A DNA stretch of 64,000 bases, from contig CAXXMU010000006.1 of assembly GCA_963667785.2 (NCBI GenBank), positions 160,001 through 224,000 of the forward strand. Direction: 5' to 3'. Within the stretch, counting starts at the first letter, position 1. Each line of letters starts with the position of its first letter. Below, in pieces: positions 27,970 through 39,667 of this stretch. The notes beneath the pieces are model-generated. The model worked only from the letters and a program-made list of their open reading frames with translations, ran no database searches and was not told the DNA's origin. Source of the stretch: Alphaproteobacteria bacterium (lineage in GTDB: Bacteria > Pseudomonadota > Alphaproteobacteria > UBA828). The position numbers were made by a program, and so were the translations under genes.

Positions 27970-29181
27970 CTACTCCCGGCTCTCCCTGATCCAGCCGTTC
28001 TCGAACACCGGGCCGTCGCAGCCGCAGAAGCGGGCGATGCGGGCGAGTTCGCGCCCGATGCGCTCCAGCCGGCCCTTGCCGAGGCGCACGCCCCGCTCGG
28101 GCCAGAGCGCCCGCACGCAGAGCCGACCCTCCCGGCGGCGCATGTCGATACGCCCTACCAGCCGGTCGCCCTCCAGCAGTGGGAAGACGTAGTAGCCGTA
28201 TTCGCGCTTCTCCTCCGGCACGTAGATCTCGATGCGATAGCGGAAGCCGAACAGCCATTCGGCGCGCCTGCGGTCGCGCAGCAGCGGGTCGAAAGGGCTG
28301 AGCACGCGCACCCCGGCGGGCGGCTCCGGCAACCCTTCGGCCTGCTCGCCTAAGCCGGGACGTGCGAACAGGCGGCGGACCTCGCCGGGCCGCGCACCCT
28401 CCACCGCCGCCTCGACCAGCTCGCCGGCGTCGCGGGCGGCACACCAGGACCGCGCTTCGTCCGGAGTAGCCGTGTCCCAGAAGGCCGCGATCTCCCGTGC
28501 GGAGGCGAAGCCGAGCCGGTCGAGAGCGCCCGCGCAGGCCCAGTCCAGCGTTTCCCGCTCGTCCGGCAGGGCGGCGCGGACGGGAGCCGGGATCACGCGC
28601 TCGGCCAGGTCGAAGACCTTCTGGAAGCCCTCGCGCCGGTCGATGGCGAGCGCGCCGGTGCGCCAGAGGAATTCCAGCGCCGTCTTCGACGGATGCCAGT
28701 CCCACCAGGCGGACGCGTCGCGCCGCCGGCCGCCGCCGAGCTCGCGCGCCATGACGGGCCCGCCCTCGCGGATGCGCTCCAGCACCTCGTCGAAGCGCTC
28801 CTCGAACCCTGCCCTGCGCCACTTTCGCCAGCGCGCGCGCAGCATGTCGGCGTCGCGGCGGAACCGCAGCCGCCAGTAGGGATAGAACGACACGGGGATG
28901 ACCGAGGCGTCGTGGGTCCAGTGCTCGAACAGCGTGCGCCGCCGTTCCAGCAGGTCGGCGAGCTGTCGCGGCCGGTAGCGTCTGCGCCGGGCGGCCAGGA
29001 TCATGTGGTGGGCGCGCTCGACCGTCGCGATGCTGTCGACCTGGACGAAGCCGAGCCGCTCGATCAGCCCCGTGAGATCCTCTCCCGGCGGTGGGCGCCC
29101 AAGGCCGTGCCGGTCCAGGAACAGTTTTCTGGCAGCCCGGTTGGAGAGGCGCGGCAATGGCTGGCCCGCACTGCCTCGCAT
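27970..29181 (-). CDS. ycaQ: YcaQ/AlkZ-family (HTH_42) interstrand-crosslink DNA glycosylase
   Basis: VQVDSI catalytic QxD, LFEHWTH, LSPFDPL, YRIEIYVPEEKREYGYY. Confidence 0.85.
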   Translation of the reverse strand: MRGSAGQPLPRLSNRAARKLFLDRHGLGRPPPGEDLTGLIERLGFVQVDSIATVERAHHMILAARRRRYRPRQLADLLERRRTLFEHWTHDASVIPVSFYPYWRLRFRRDADMLRARWRKWRRAGFEERFDEVLERIREGGPVMARELGGGRRRDASAWWDWHPSKTALEFLWRTGALAIDRREGFQKVFDLAERVIPAPVRAALPDERETLDWACAGALDRLGFASAREIAAFWDTATPDEARSWCAARDAGELVEAAVEGARPGEVRRLFARPGLGEQAEGLPEPPAGVRVLSPFDPLLRDRRRAEWLFGFRYRIEIYVPEEKREYGYYVFPLLEGDRLVGRIDMRRREGRLCVRALWPERGVRLGKGRLERIGRELARIARFCGCDGPVFENGWIRESRE

Positions 29182-29294
29182 GACGACCTCGCTCCGATCC
29201 CCCAAACCCACGACCGGTCACTGTACTCCCGTCGGCGCAGGGAGTATTCCAGCAGCCGTCCGGCCCACCGCTTTCACGAGGAGGCCGCGCAGCC

Positions 29295-31121
<1,827 letters not shown>

Positions 31122-31193
31122 TCGTCCGACCTGCAATCGGACGAGCGCTGGACGACGGTTTCATCGTACCGCACGACAGAGACGAGCCCTCTC

Positions 31194-32060
31194 ATGCCTG
31201 CACCCGCCATTCGCCCCCGGCGCTCCTTCATCTTCACACCGGGCCTGAGGCCGGAGATGTTTCCGAAGGCGCTCGCGACCGGCGCGGATATCGTCTGCGT
31301 CGAGCTCGAGGACGGGATCGCGCCAAAGGACAAGGCGGCTGCGCGCGCCAATACGATGAAGCTCTTCGAAAGCCCGCAGGCCGATGACGGGGTCGAGCGC
31401 ATCGTCCGCATCAACTCGCTGCGCGAGGGATTCGGCATCGCCGACGTGCAGGCGGTCCTGGCCGCCGTGACGCCCCCGCCGGCGCTGATGATGCCCAAGG
31501 TGCGCACGCCGGACGAGGTGGTGCTGCTCGATAATCTGCTGAGCGAGCGCGGGCACGACACCCGCCTGCACGTGATCATCGAGACCAATGCCGGGCTCGA
31601 GGCGGCCCATGACATCGCCCGTTGCAGCCCGCGCATCGACGCGATGTTCTTCGGCGGCGTCGACATGGCGGCCGAGCTGCGCTGCCGGAACGAGTGGGAG
31701 CCGCTGCTCTACGCTCGCTCGCGCGTCGTCCATGCCGCCGCCGGCGCCGGGCTGGACGTGATCGACGTGCCTTACCTCGATCTCGAGGACCTGGAGGGCA
31801 TGAGGCGCGCCGCGATCCAAGCAAGGGACTTGGGATTCTGCGGCAAGGGCGCGGTGCACCCGAAGCAGATCGCAGCGCTCAACGAGGTGTTCACGCCGTC
31901 GGCCGACGAGATTGCCCGCGCCAGGCGCATCATCGCCGCGTTCGAGGCGGCCGATACGGGGCTGGTCGTGATCGACGGCAAGCTCATCGAGAAGCCTGTT
32001 CTGCGCGAGATGCGCCGCATCGTCGCCATCGCCGACCGGATCGGCGCCGCAAGAGAATGA
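31194..32060 (+). CDS. CitE/malyl-CoA lyase family CoA-ester lyase
   Basis: RRSFIFTPG, ELEDG, IIET, GGVD, GKGAVHPKQI, DGKLIE. Confidence 0.85.
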   Translation: MPAPAIRPRRSFIFTPGLRPEMFPKALATGADIVCVELEDGIAPKDKAAARANTMKLFESPQADDGVERIVRINSLREGFGIADVQAVLAAVTPPPALMMPKVRTPDEVVLLDNLLSERGHDTRLHVIIETNAGLEAAHDIARCSPRIDAMFFGGVDMAAELRCRNEWEPLLYARSRVVHAAAGAGLDVIDVPYLDLEDLEGMRRAAIQARDLGFCGKGAVHPKQIAALNEVFTPSADEIARARRIIAAFEAADTGLVVIDGKLIEKPVLREMRRIVAIADRIGAARE

Positions 32061-32462
32061 GCGCAAACGGCGGATTGGCCCTCGCGGTCGACCGGGATCG
32101 AGGAGGGTCCGAGCCCGGCCACTTCAGACATGGCCGCGCCGATTGCCTTCAACTAGCATTGAAACCGGACCACTCAGTGGGGGCCGGTCGGGGTTCTTCG
32201 AACACTGACACGTCTTCCCCCGATTCGCCGCACTCTTGGCGGAAAGGCTGCGTCGCGAGATCGAGTGCCTTGCGCGTCCCAGGGCCCACAGAGGGCTTTC
32301 ACGCCCCGAACGTGCTCCTCTCGCGCCGCCGAGGGCGAAGCCGGCGCGTCTGTTGACAGTCCTCGAAGCGAGGTCCTACCTTCCGGGTCAACGTCTTTCG
32401 CTTTCCCGGCGCGCGGTGCGTCGGCGGACGCAAGACAACCTTCTTCCAGGGAGAGGCAACAG

Positions 32463-34130
32463 ATGAAAGTTGAGGTCTTCAATCGACTCATGGCTGCCCA
32501 GACCACCAGGCGCAGGATGCTGAAGGGCATGGCCGGCGCCGGCGCGATGGCTGCCGTTGCAGGAAGCGGGATCGGTGGCTTCGCCGGCTCGTCCTCGGCA
32601 CAGGACAACGTCCGGGCCGAAATTCTCAAGATTCCGGGCGTCGGCGTCGGCTCTCCCATGGATTCCGACTGGCAGAAGGTGGGCGCGCTCTGCCTCGGGC
32701 CGGCCAAGGAACATGTCTCCGAGGGCGAGTTTGAGGGTGTCGAGCTCACCTTCCTCGGCCTCAACAACCAGAACCTCCACAACTTCCTCTTCCGCGGCTT
32801 CCTCAAGCCGTGGGAGGCCTATACCGGGGCCACGATCAACTGGATCGACCTCGCCCAGGCCGACTACAACGCCCGCCTGCAGCAGTCGATCGCCACCGGA
32901 ACGGTCGACTTCGACATCATCGAGATGGGCGCGCCCTTCGAGGGCGACGTCTGCGGCAAGGGCCTCGCCTCGGTCATGCCCGACTGGGTGAAGAGCCAGA
33001 TCGACATGGACGACTACGTCGGCTACCTCAAGGCGCCGGTCGGCACCTGGGAAGGCAAGACCTACCGAATCTCGATCGACGGCGATTGCCACAATTTCAA
33101 CTATCGCACCGACTATTTCGAGGACGAGGATCTTGCGGCTGCCTGGGAGGCGGAAGGCCACGAGGGCCCGTGGGAGGTGCCGACGACCTGGCAGAAGGTC
33201 CAGGAGGTCACCAAGTTCCTCAAGGGCAAGAAGGTGGGCGGCTTCGACGCCTACGGCTACCTCGATCCGCTGAAGGGCTGGGGCGGCTTCGCCTTCTACT
33301 TCCTCGGCTCGCGGGCGACCGCCTATGCCAAGCACCCGGACGATCCGGCGTGGCTGTTCGACGCCGACACCATGAAGCCGCGCGTCAACAACCCGGCCTG
33401 GGTGCGCGCGATCCAGGACGTGCTGGACACGCTCGATTCCCAGCCGCCGGACCAGATCAACGCGGATCCGGGGACCACCGGCTTCCAGCAGTTCCTGGCG
33501 GGCACCGGCTCGATGCTGAGTTGGTGGGGCGACATCGGCTCCAACGCCAAGACCTCCGACACCTCGGTGGTGGGCGACACGGTGGGCTTCTCGATCCTCC
33601 CCGGCTCGGACGACGTGTACAACGCGGCGACCGGCGCATGGGAGACGCTGGCATCCGGCCCGAACTTCTCGCCCAACATGGCCTACATCGGCTGGGGCGT
33701 TTACGTCATGGCCCGCGTGGACGCCGACGCGCAGAAGCAGAAGGCGGCCTGGTCCGCCGCCGCCCATCTCGGCGGCAAGGACCTCTCGCTCTGGTGCGCC
33801 GCCTATCCGTCGGGCTTCCAGCCCTACCGGAACTCCCACTTCAACATTCCCGAGTGGGTGGGCGCGGGCTACGACGAGGCCTTCATCGCCGACTACCTCG
33901 CGTCGGAGGCGGATTCCTACAACCATCCCAACGCGGCGATCGAGCCGCGCATTCCGGGCATCTTCCAGTACTACTCGGTGGCCGAGGACGAGCTGGCGCG
34001 CATCTACGCCGGCGAGTACGGCGCCCAGGAAGGCGCGGACCGGATCGCGGCCGCGTGGGAGAAGATCACCGATCAGATCGGGCGCGAAAGCCAGATCGCG
34101 CTTTATCGGGCGTCGCTGGGTCTCTCATAG
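32463..34130 (+). CDS. Sugar ABC substrate-binding protein with Tat signal
   Basis: TRRRMLKG leader; YRTDYF, VPTTWQ, SBP family 1 features; heads a CUT1 operon. Confidence 0.85.
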   Translation: MKVEVFNRLMAAQTTRRRMLKGMAGAGAMAAVAGSGIGGFAGSSSAQDNVRAEILKIPGVGVGSPMDSDWQKVGALCLGPAKEHVSEGEFEGVELTFLGLNNQNLHNFLFRGFLKPWEAYTGATINWIDLAQADYNARLQQSIATGTVDFDIIEMGAPFEGDVCGKGLASVMPDWVKSQIDMDDYVGYLKAPVGTWEGKTYRISIDGDCHNFNYRTDYFEDEDLAAAWEAEGHEGPWEVPTTWQKVQEVTKFLKGKKVGGFDAYGYLDPLKGWGGFAFYFLGSRATAYAKHPDDPAWLFDADTMKPRVNNPAWVRAIQDVLDTLDSQPPDQINADPGTTGFQQFLAGTGSMLSWWGDIGSNAKTSDTSVVGDTVGFSILPGSDDVYNAATGAWETLASGPNFSPNMAYIGWGVYVMARVDADAQKQKAAWSAAAHLGGKDLSLWCAAYPSGFQPYRNSHFNIPEWVGAGYDEAFIADYLASEADSYNHPNAAIEPRIPGIFQYYSVAEDELARIYAGEYGAQEGADRIAAAWEKITDQIGRESQIALYRASLGLS

Positions 34131-34155
34131 CCCCGCGTTCTCGCTCGTGTCATTG

Positions 34156-34183
34156 GGATTGGCGGCCGTGAGGCCGCCAATCC
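34156..34183 (+). terminator. Perfect 12-bp GC stem-loop after the SBP gene (terminator or mRNA stabiliser)
   Basis: GGATTGGCGGCC-GTGA-GGCCGCCAATCC followed by TGCTTT. Confidence 0.6.
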
Positions 34184-34202
34184 TGCTTTGGCGGGCAGGC
34201 AC

Positions 34203-35321
34203 GTGAGCACCCCTGCGCAACTCGAGGGCAACCAGCTCTACGTCGTCACCTCCGATCACATGTCGCGCGGCCGCATCCTCGCCGGGCGCGCGCTGATGTG
34301 GGGGGCCGCGCTCGTCCTTCTGCTCATGGTGGTGATCCAGGGCCTCCGTGAGAACGAGAGCATCTCCTTCGGCTTCGAGACCTGGCGCCCGGTGCTCTAC
34401 GCCTATGCGTTTTGGGCGGTCTGTCTCTGTATCGGGCAGGTGCTGACGCGCGGCGAGCAGGGCAAGCGCGCGCTCTTCGTTCTGCCGGGTGTGCTGTTCG
34501 TCGTCTCGATGGTGATCTTCCCGATCCTGTTCGGGATCTACATCTCGCTCACCGACTGGAACCTCTCCTCGCTCACCGGGCGGAAGTTCAACGGCGTCGA
34601 CAATTTCGTGCAGATGGCCGGCGATTCGTTCTACTGGAACGCCCTCAAGAACATGGTCTACTACGTGCTCGCGATCAGCGTGGAATATGCGATCGCGTTC
34701 GGCCTGGCCCTCCTTCTCAACGCCCAGATTCGCGCCCGAAAATTCTTCCGGGTGGCGTTCCTCCTTCCCCTCATGCTCTCGCCGGTGGCGGTGAGCTGGA
34801 TGGTGGGGAAGTCGATGATGGAGATCCGCTTCGGCCCTCTCGCGAACCTCGGCCGGTTCCTTGGCTGGGAGACGCCGTCCTTCTTCGGGACGGCCGAGAT
34901 CGCGCGGCTCACCATGATGGTGATGGACGCGTGGACCTTCATTCCGTTCATGATGATCATGCTGCTCGCCGGGCTTCAGGCGTTGCCCAAGGACGTGGTG
35001 GAGGCGGCCAAGGTGGACGGGGCCTCGCGCTGGACCACCTTCTGGCACGTGACGTTTCCGCTGATGCTGCCGGTCAGCATCACGGCCATCCTCATCCGCA
35101 TCATCTTCAAGCTGAAGCTCGCGGACATCATCATCAACGTCACCGCCGGCGGCCCCGGCGGCGCCACGGATACCGTCACCAGCTTCATCTTCCGCGAGTA
35201 CCGTGACCGCTCCAACGTCGGCTACGGCACGCTGCTCGCCATGGTCTATCTGGTGCTGATCATCGTCTTCATCACGCTGCTGCTGAAGCTGGTGAGGCGC
35301 TGGATGCGGCAGTCGTACTGA
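34203..35321 (+). CDS. Sugar ABC permease (MalF-like)
   Basis: EAA loop LAGLQALPKDVVEAAKVDGA; GGPGGAT. Confidence 0.9.
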   Translation: MSTPAQLEGNQLYVVTSDHMSRGRILAGRALMWGAALVLLLMVVIQGLRENESISFGFETWRPVLYAYAFWAVCLCIGQVLTRGEQGKRALFVLPGVLFVVSMVIFPILFGIYISLTDWNLSSLTGRKFNGVDNFVQMAGDSFYWNALKNMVYYVLAISVEYAIAFGLALLLNAQIRARKFFRVAFLLPLMLSPVAVSWMVGKSMMEIRFGPLANLGRFLGWETPSFFGTAEIARLTMMVMDAWTFIPFMMIMLLAGLQALPKDVVEAAKVDGASRWTTFWHVTFPLMLPVSITAILIRIIFKLKLADIIINVTAGGPGGATDTVTSFIFREYRDRSNVGYGTLLAMVYLVLIIVFITLLLKLVRRWMRQSY

Positions 35322-35368
35322 TGTCGTGTGCTGGAGCCGACGATGAATAGTCCCTGCGTGTCCCTTTC

Positions 35369-35454
35369 CGTCATGGCCGGGCATGTCCCGGCCATCCATG
35401 CTCCCTCGCCGCACTTGGCGCATGTGGATGCCGGGAACAAGTCCGGGCATGACG
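35369..35454. repeat. REP-type palindrome doublet (copy 3 of 3), intercistronic
   Basis: CGTCATGGCCGGGCATGTCCCGGCCATCCA ... TGGATGCCGGGAACAAGTCCGGGCATGACG. Confidence 0.88.
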
Positions 35455-35509
35455 GTGGGAGGAAAGCGCTGTTCGTGCGTATTTCCGCTCAAGCTCTCCA
35501 GGCGGGGCC

Positions 35510-36436
35510 ATGAGCGCCGAGACCGGCCAGATCTTCAAGGATGCCGCGCCCGACCTGAAGTTCCGGGCCAAGTGGTACACGCGGCGCGTGCTGATCTACG
35601 GCACGCTGCTCTTCTGGACCGTGATCTGCCTCTTCCCCATCTACTGGACCGCGACGACCTCGTTCAAGATCGCGCCCGACGTGATGCAGGGGCACCTGAT
35701 TCCCTGGGCCGACTTCGAGCCGGCTTGGCGCGGCTGGCGCTCGCTCGGGCTCTCGCCGCAGACGATCTTCGAGACCTCGACCGTGCGCGAGGAGTTTCTC
35801 AAGCGCTTCACCAACAGTGTCATCACCTCGCTCGCGGCCTCGGCGCTGGCGGTCGTGCTCGGATCGATGGCGGCGTACGGCCTCAGCCGCTTCACCTACC
35901 GCCTCAAGTTCATCAAGAACCGAGACATCTCGTTCTTCTTCCTGAGCCAGTTGATCCTGCCGCCGGTGGTGCTCGCGCTGCCCTTCCTCGTGCTTTACAA
36001 GGAGCTCGCACTGCTCGACAGCCATATCGGGCTGATCCTGCTCTACACGCTGATGGTGCTCCCCATCGTCATCTGGATCATGCGTGACCAGTTCAGTGCC
36101 ATTCCGGTGGAGCTGGAGGAGGCCGCGCTGGTCGACGGGCTCTCGGTGTGGAAGGCGTTCCTCCAGATCGTGCTTCCGATCGCGCTGCCGGGGATGATCG
36201 CCGCGTTCATCCTCTCGCTGGTGCTGTGCTGGAACGAGTATTTCTTCGCCGCGCTGCTCACCAGCACCGACGCGAAGACGATCCCGGTCATGGTGGCGAG
36301 CCAGACCGGCAGCCAGGGCATCAACTGGTGGTCGATGGCCGCGCTCTCGTTCGCCGCGATCCTGCCGCTGGTGATCATCGGCATCGTCCTCGAGCGCTTC
36401 ATCATCAAGGGCATGGCGGCGGGAGCGGTGAAGTGA
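35510..36436 (+). CDS. Sugar ABC permease (MalG-like)
   Basis: IPVELEEAALVDG, CWNEY, GMAAGAVK. Confidence 0.9.
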   Translation: MSAETGQIFKDAAPDLKFRAKWYTRRVLIYGTLLFWTVICLFPIYWTATTSFKIAPDVMQGHLIPWADFEPAWRGWRSLGLSPQTIFETSTVREEFLKRFTNSVITSLAASALAVVLGSMAAYGLSRFTYRLKFIKNRDISFFFLSQLILPPVVLALPFLVLYKELALLDSHIGLILLYTLMVLPIVIWIMRDQFSAIPVELEEAALVDGLSVWKAFLQIVLPIALPGMIAAFILSLVLCWNEYFFAALLTSTDAKTIPVMVASQTGSQGINWWSMAALSFAAILPLVIIGIVLERFIIKGMAAGAVK

Positions 36437-36517
36437 CGGCGGGCGGGTGGACAGGCGCCGCCGCCTCGGCTACCTCACCGGGGCCGGCGGGCGCGACGCG
36501 GGAGGCGAAGCGGCACC

Positions 36518-37582
36518 ATGGCTGAGGTCACCATTCGCCAGCTGCGAAAATCGTTCGGGTCGGTCGAGGTCATCCGCGGCGTCGACATCGACATCCCGGA
36601 CGGCGAGTTCGTGGTGCTGGTGGGCCCCTCCGGCTGCGGCAAGTCCACCTTGCTGCGCATGATCGCGGGCCTCGAGGACGTGACCGCAGGCACGATCCGC
36701 ATCGGCGAGCGCGTCGTCAACAACCTGCCGCCGGCGGAGCGCGACATCGCCATGGTGTTCCAGAACTACGCGCTCTATCCGCACAAGACGGTGGCGGCCA
36801 ACCTCGCGTTTTCGCTGAAGGTGCGAAAGACCGACCGCGCCGTCGTGAAGGAGCGCGTGGAACAGGCGGCGGAGACGCTGGGCCTCACGCCCTACCTGCA
36901 CCGCTACCCGCGCCAGCTTTCGGGGGGCCAGCGCCAGCGCGTGGCCATGGGCCGGGCGATCGTGCGCGACCCTCAGGTCTTCCTGTTCGACGAGCCGCTG
37001 TCGAACCTCGATGCCAAGCTCCGCATCCAGATGCGCACCGAGATCAAGGAGCTGTACCAGCGCCTCGGCACCACCACCGTCTTCGTCACCCACGACCAGA
37101 TCGAGGCGATGACCATGGCGGACAAGATCGTGGTCATGGAGGACGGCCTCGTCGAGCAGGTGGGCACTCCCCTTGAGTTGTTCGACCGTCCCAGGAACGT
37201 GTTCGTGGCGACCTTCATCGGCTCGCCTGCCATGAACCTGATCCACGGCACCGTGCGCCGCGACGGCGCGCCCCACGTGGAGGCGAACGGGCACCGGCTG
37301 CCGGTCAGGCCGGACCGCGAGGCGCCGGACGGCCACTCCGTGATCTACGGGATCAGACCGGAGCATCTCGACCTCGCTGAAGACGGAGGCGGCTTTCCCG
37401 CGCGCGTCGCCGTGGTCGAGCCCACCGGCTCGGAGACGCTGGTCTTCCTGCGCTTCGGGGAGACCGAGGTCGTGGCGCTCTTCCGGGACCGGCACTTCTT
37501 CAAGCCGGGCGAGACGGTGCACCTCCGCCCGCGCACGGATCAGACACACCTCTTCGACGCTGCGACCGGCGTCCGCCTCTGA
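36518..37582 (+). CDS. MalK/UgpC-like ABC ATP-binding protein
   Basis: GPSGCGKS, LSGGQRQR, FDEPLSNLDAKLR, FIGSPAMN. Confidence 0.93.
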   Translation: MAEVTIRQLRKSFGSVEVIRGVDIDIPDGEFVVLVGPSGCGKSTLLRMIAGLEDVTAGTIRIGERVVNNLPPAERDIAMVFQNYALYPHKTVAANLAFSLKVRKTDRAVVKERVEQAAETLGLTPYLHRYPRQLSGGQRQRVAMGRAIVRDPQVFLFDEPLSNLDAKLRIQMRTEIKELYQRLGTTTVFVTHDQIEAMTMADKIVVMEDGLVEQVGTPLELFDRPRNVFVATFIGSPAMNLIHGTVRRDGAPHVEANGHRLPVRPDREAPDGHSVIYGIRPEHLDLAEDGGGFPARVAVVEPTGSETLVFLRFGETEVVALFRDRHFFKPGETVHLRPRTDQTHLFDAATGVRL

Positions 37583-37632
37583 CCCGGGACCGCGCGCACG
37601 CCCGCCGCCGGCCGCACGCCGAGAACGAGAGA

Positions 37633-38631
37633 ATGCGCGACGCCGCTCCGCCCTGCTACGCCGCCAGGCTGAACTCCTTCAAGGTCGGCGCCGAAGCCTA
37701 CTGGCCCGGCAGGAACCGGGTGACGACCGTAGACCTGCTGGAGCGCGCGGCGACGGTGGAGGGTCTCAACGCCGCCGATCTCAACTACCCGGATCACTTC
37801 GAGGGCACGAGCCCGCGGGAGCTCGCCGCCGTGCTCGACCGGCTCGGCATCGGGCTGAACGGCCTCGCCATGCGCTACTACTCGGACCCCGACTTCCGGC
37901 TCGGCGCGCTCACCAATCCCGACCCCGTCCGGCGGCGGAAGGCCATCGACCTCACCCGGCGCGGTCTCGACACCCTCGCCGAGATGGGCGGGACGCTGAT
38001 GACGCTCTGGCTCGGCCAGGACGGCTTCGACTATCCCTTCCAGGCCGACTACGGGCGGATGTGGGACGACACCATCGCGGCCGTTCGCGAGATCGCCGGG
38101 CACAACCCGGAGATCGACATCGCGCTCGAGTACAAGCCCGACGAGCCGCGCAGCTACTCCCTCATGCCCGACGTGGGCACGACCCTGCTCGCGATCCGCG
38201 AGGCGGGGGCGGCGAACCTCGGCGTCACGCTCGACTTCGCGCACGTCCTCTATGCCGGCGAGATGCCGGCGCACGCGGCCTGCCTCGTGGACCGCCACTC
38301 CCGCCTGCTCGGCATCCAGCTCAACGACGGCTACGGCAAGCGCGACGACGGCCTGATGGCGGCGACCGTCCACCCCGTTCAAACCGTCGAACTGCTGGTG
38401 GCGCTGGGCCGCTGCGGCTACGGGCGCGCGATCTATTTCGACACGTTCCCCGACACCGGCGGGCTCGACCCGGTGGCGGAGTGCCGGGCCAACATCGAGA
38501 CCATCGAGCGCCTGCAGGAGGTCGCCGCATCGCTCGCAGATGACGAGCGCCTGGCACGGGCGATCGCCCGACACGACGCGACGGCGAGCCAGCGGATCGT
38601 GGCCGCCGCGCTCTACGGAGGGCGCCGTTGA
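37633..38631 (+). CDS. Xylose-isomerase-like TIM-barrel sugar isomerase
   Basis: GALTNPD, WLGQDGFDY, EYKPDEPR, TLDFAH, LNDG..DDG, YFD metal ligands. Confidence 0.8.
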   Translation: MRDAAPPCYAARLNSFKVGAEAYWPGRNRVTTVDLLERAATVEGLNAADLNYPDHFEGTSPRELAAVLDRLGIGLNGLAMRYYSDPDFRLGALTNPDPVRRRKAIDLTRRGLDTLAEMGGTLMTLWLGQDGFDYPFQADYGRMWDDTIAAVREIAGHNPEIDIALEYKPDEPRSYSLMPDVGTTLLAIREAGAANLGVTLDFAHVLYAGEMPAHAACLVDRHSRLLGIQLNDGYGKRDDGLMAATVHPVQTVELLVALGRCGYGRAIYFDTFPDTGGLDPVAECRANIETIERLQEVAASLADDERLARAIARHDATASQRIVAAALYGGRR

Positions 38632-39584
38632 GCGGCGGGGTGGTCGTCGTCGGCTCCCTGCATCTGGACGTCGTCGTCACCGCGCCGCGCCTGCCCGCCC
38701 CGGACGAGACCGTCATGGGAGAGGCGGTCACGCTCGTGTGCGGAGGCAAGGGCGGCAACCAGGCGGTCGCTGCGAGCCGCCACGGCGCGCCGACCGCCAT
38801 GCTGGGGCGCGTGGGCGGCGACGTCTTCGCGGCAGCGCTCGTCGACAATCTCCGCGCGGCCGGCGTCGACACCTCCCTGATCCAGCAGGACGAGGCGGCC
38901 ATGTCGGGCCTCAGCGTCGCGGTCGTCGGCGCCGACGGGGAATACGGTGCGGTGGTGGTCTCGGCCGCCAATCGAGGGCTCTCTGCGGACGGCTTCGCGC
39001 TGCCGGAGGGCGCCCGCGTCTTCGTCCTGCAGAACGAGGTGCCGGAGGCGGTCAACCGGGCGGTCGCGGCCGAGGCCCGCCGACGCGGCGCGACCGTGGT
39101 GCTCAACGCGGCGCCCATGCGCCCGACGGCGCCGGAGACGATGCACCTCGTGGACCTCCTCATCGTCAACCGCATCGAGGCGGAGGCGTTGTTCGAGACT
39201 CCGATACACGGCGTGAAGGATGCCCTCGCCGCAGCGAAATGGGCCGGGGGCGGATTCGACGGGGAGGCGATCGTCACCCTGGGGAGCGATGGCTTGGTTC
39301 ACCGTGATCGCAGCGGCGCGGTGCGGCACCATGCGGTCCGCCCGGCGCCGGTGGTCTCGGCGCACGGTGCAGGCGACGTGTTCGTGGGCGCGCTCTCCGC
39401 CCGTCTGGCCGTCCCCGCCGCCATGGACGAGGCCATCGCCGACGCCCAGGCTGCCGCCGCCCGCTTCGTGTCGACCCCCCTCGGGGAGCGGGGACTATCG
39501 ATCGCGGCCGGCCCCGCTTCGGTTGTTTCTCGGGCACCTTCAGCCCCTCGCGCCGCCCCAGGCGCTCGACCCGCTTGTCGTTGA
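38628..39584 (+). CDS. PfkB/ribokinase-family sugar kinase; C-terminal tail read through an IS scar
   Basis: GGKGGNQAVA, VLQNE, LNAAP, VNRIEA, VTLG, SAHGAGD. Confidence 0.85.
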   Translation: MSGGVVVVGSLHLDVVVTAPRLPAPDETVMGEAVTLVCGGKGGNQAVAASRHGAPTAMLGRVGGDVFAAALVDNLRAAGVDTSLIQQDEAAMSGLSVAVVGADGEYGAVVVSAANRGLSADGFALPEGARVFVLQNEVPEAVNRAVAAEARRRGATVVLNAAPMRPTAPETMHLVDLLIVNRIEAEALFETPIHGVKDALAAAKWAGGGFDGEAIVTLGSDGLVHRDRSGAVRHHAVRPAPVVSAHGAGDVFVGALSARLAVPAAMDEAIADAQAAAARFVSTPLGERGLSIAAGPASVVSRAPSAPRAAPGARPACR

Positions 39585-39591
39585 CCTGCCG
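39508..39591 (-). pseudogene. IS3-family transposase OrfB fragment
   Basis: Minus strand translates RQVNDKRVERLGRREGLKVPEKQPKRGR, matching the conserved IS3 OrfB segment VNxKRVERIWRREGLKVPxKQPKRGRL. Confidence 0.75.
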
Positions 39592-39667
39592 CGGGCAGTC
39601 CTACAGAGCGTGGATGACGTTCGCGGCGAGAGAGACGCAGTAGACCGCGAGACGGATATGGCAGACC

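Noticed and set aside
32060-32462. 400-bp intergenic region as a riboswitch, tRNA or ncRNA
   Set aside because: No recognisable consensus; probably promoter plus decayed sequence
37633-38631. Specific call as xylA or apiose isomerase
   Set aside because: Family motifs are present, but neither length nor neighbours (no xylulokinase, FGGY kinase or transketolase) fix the substrate
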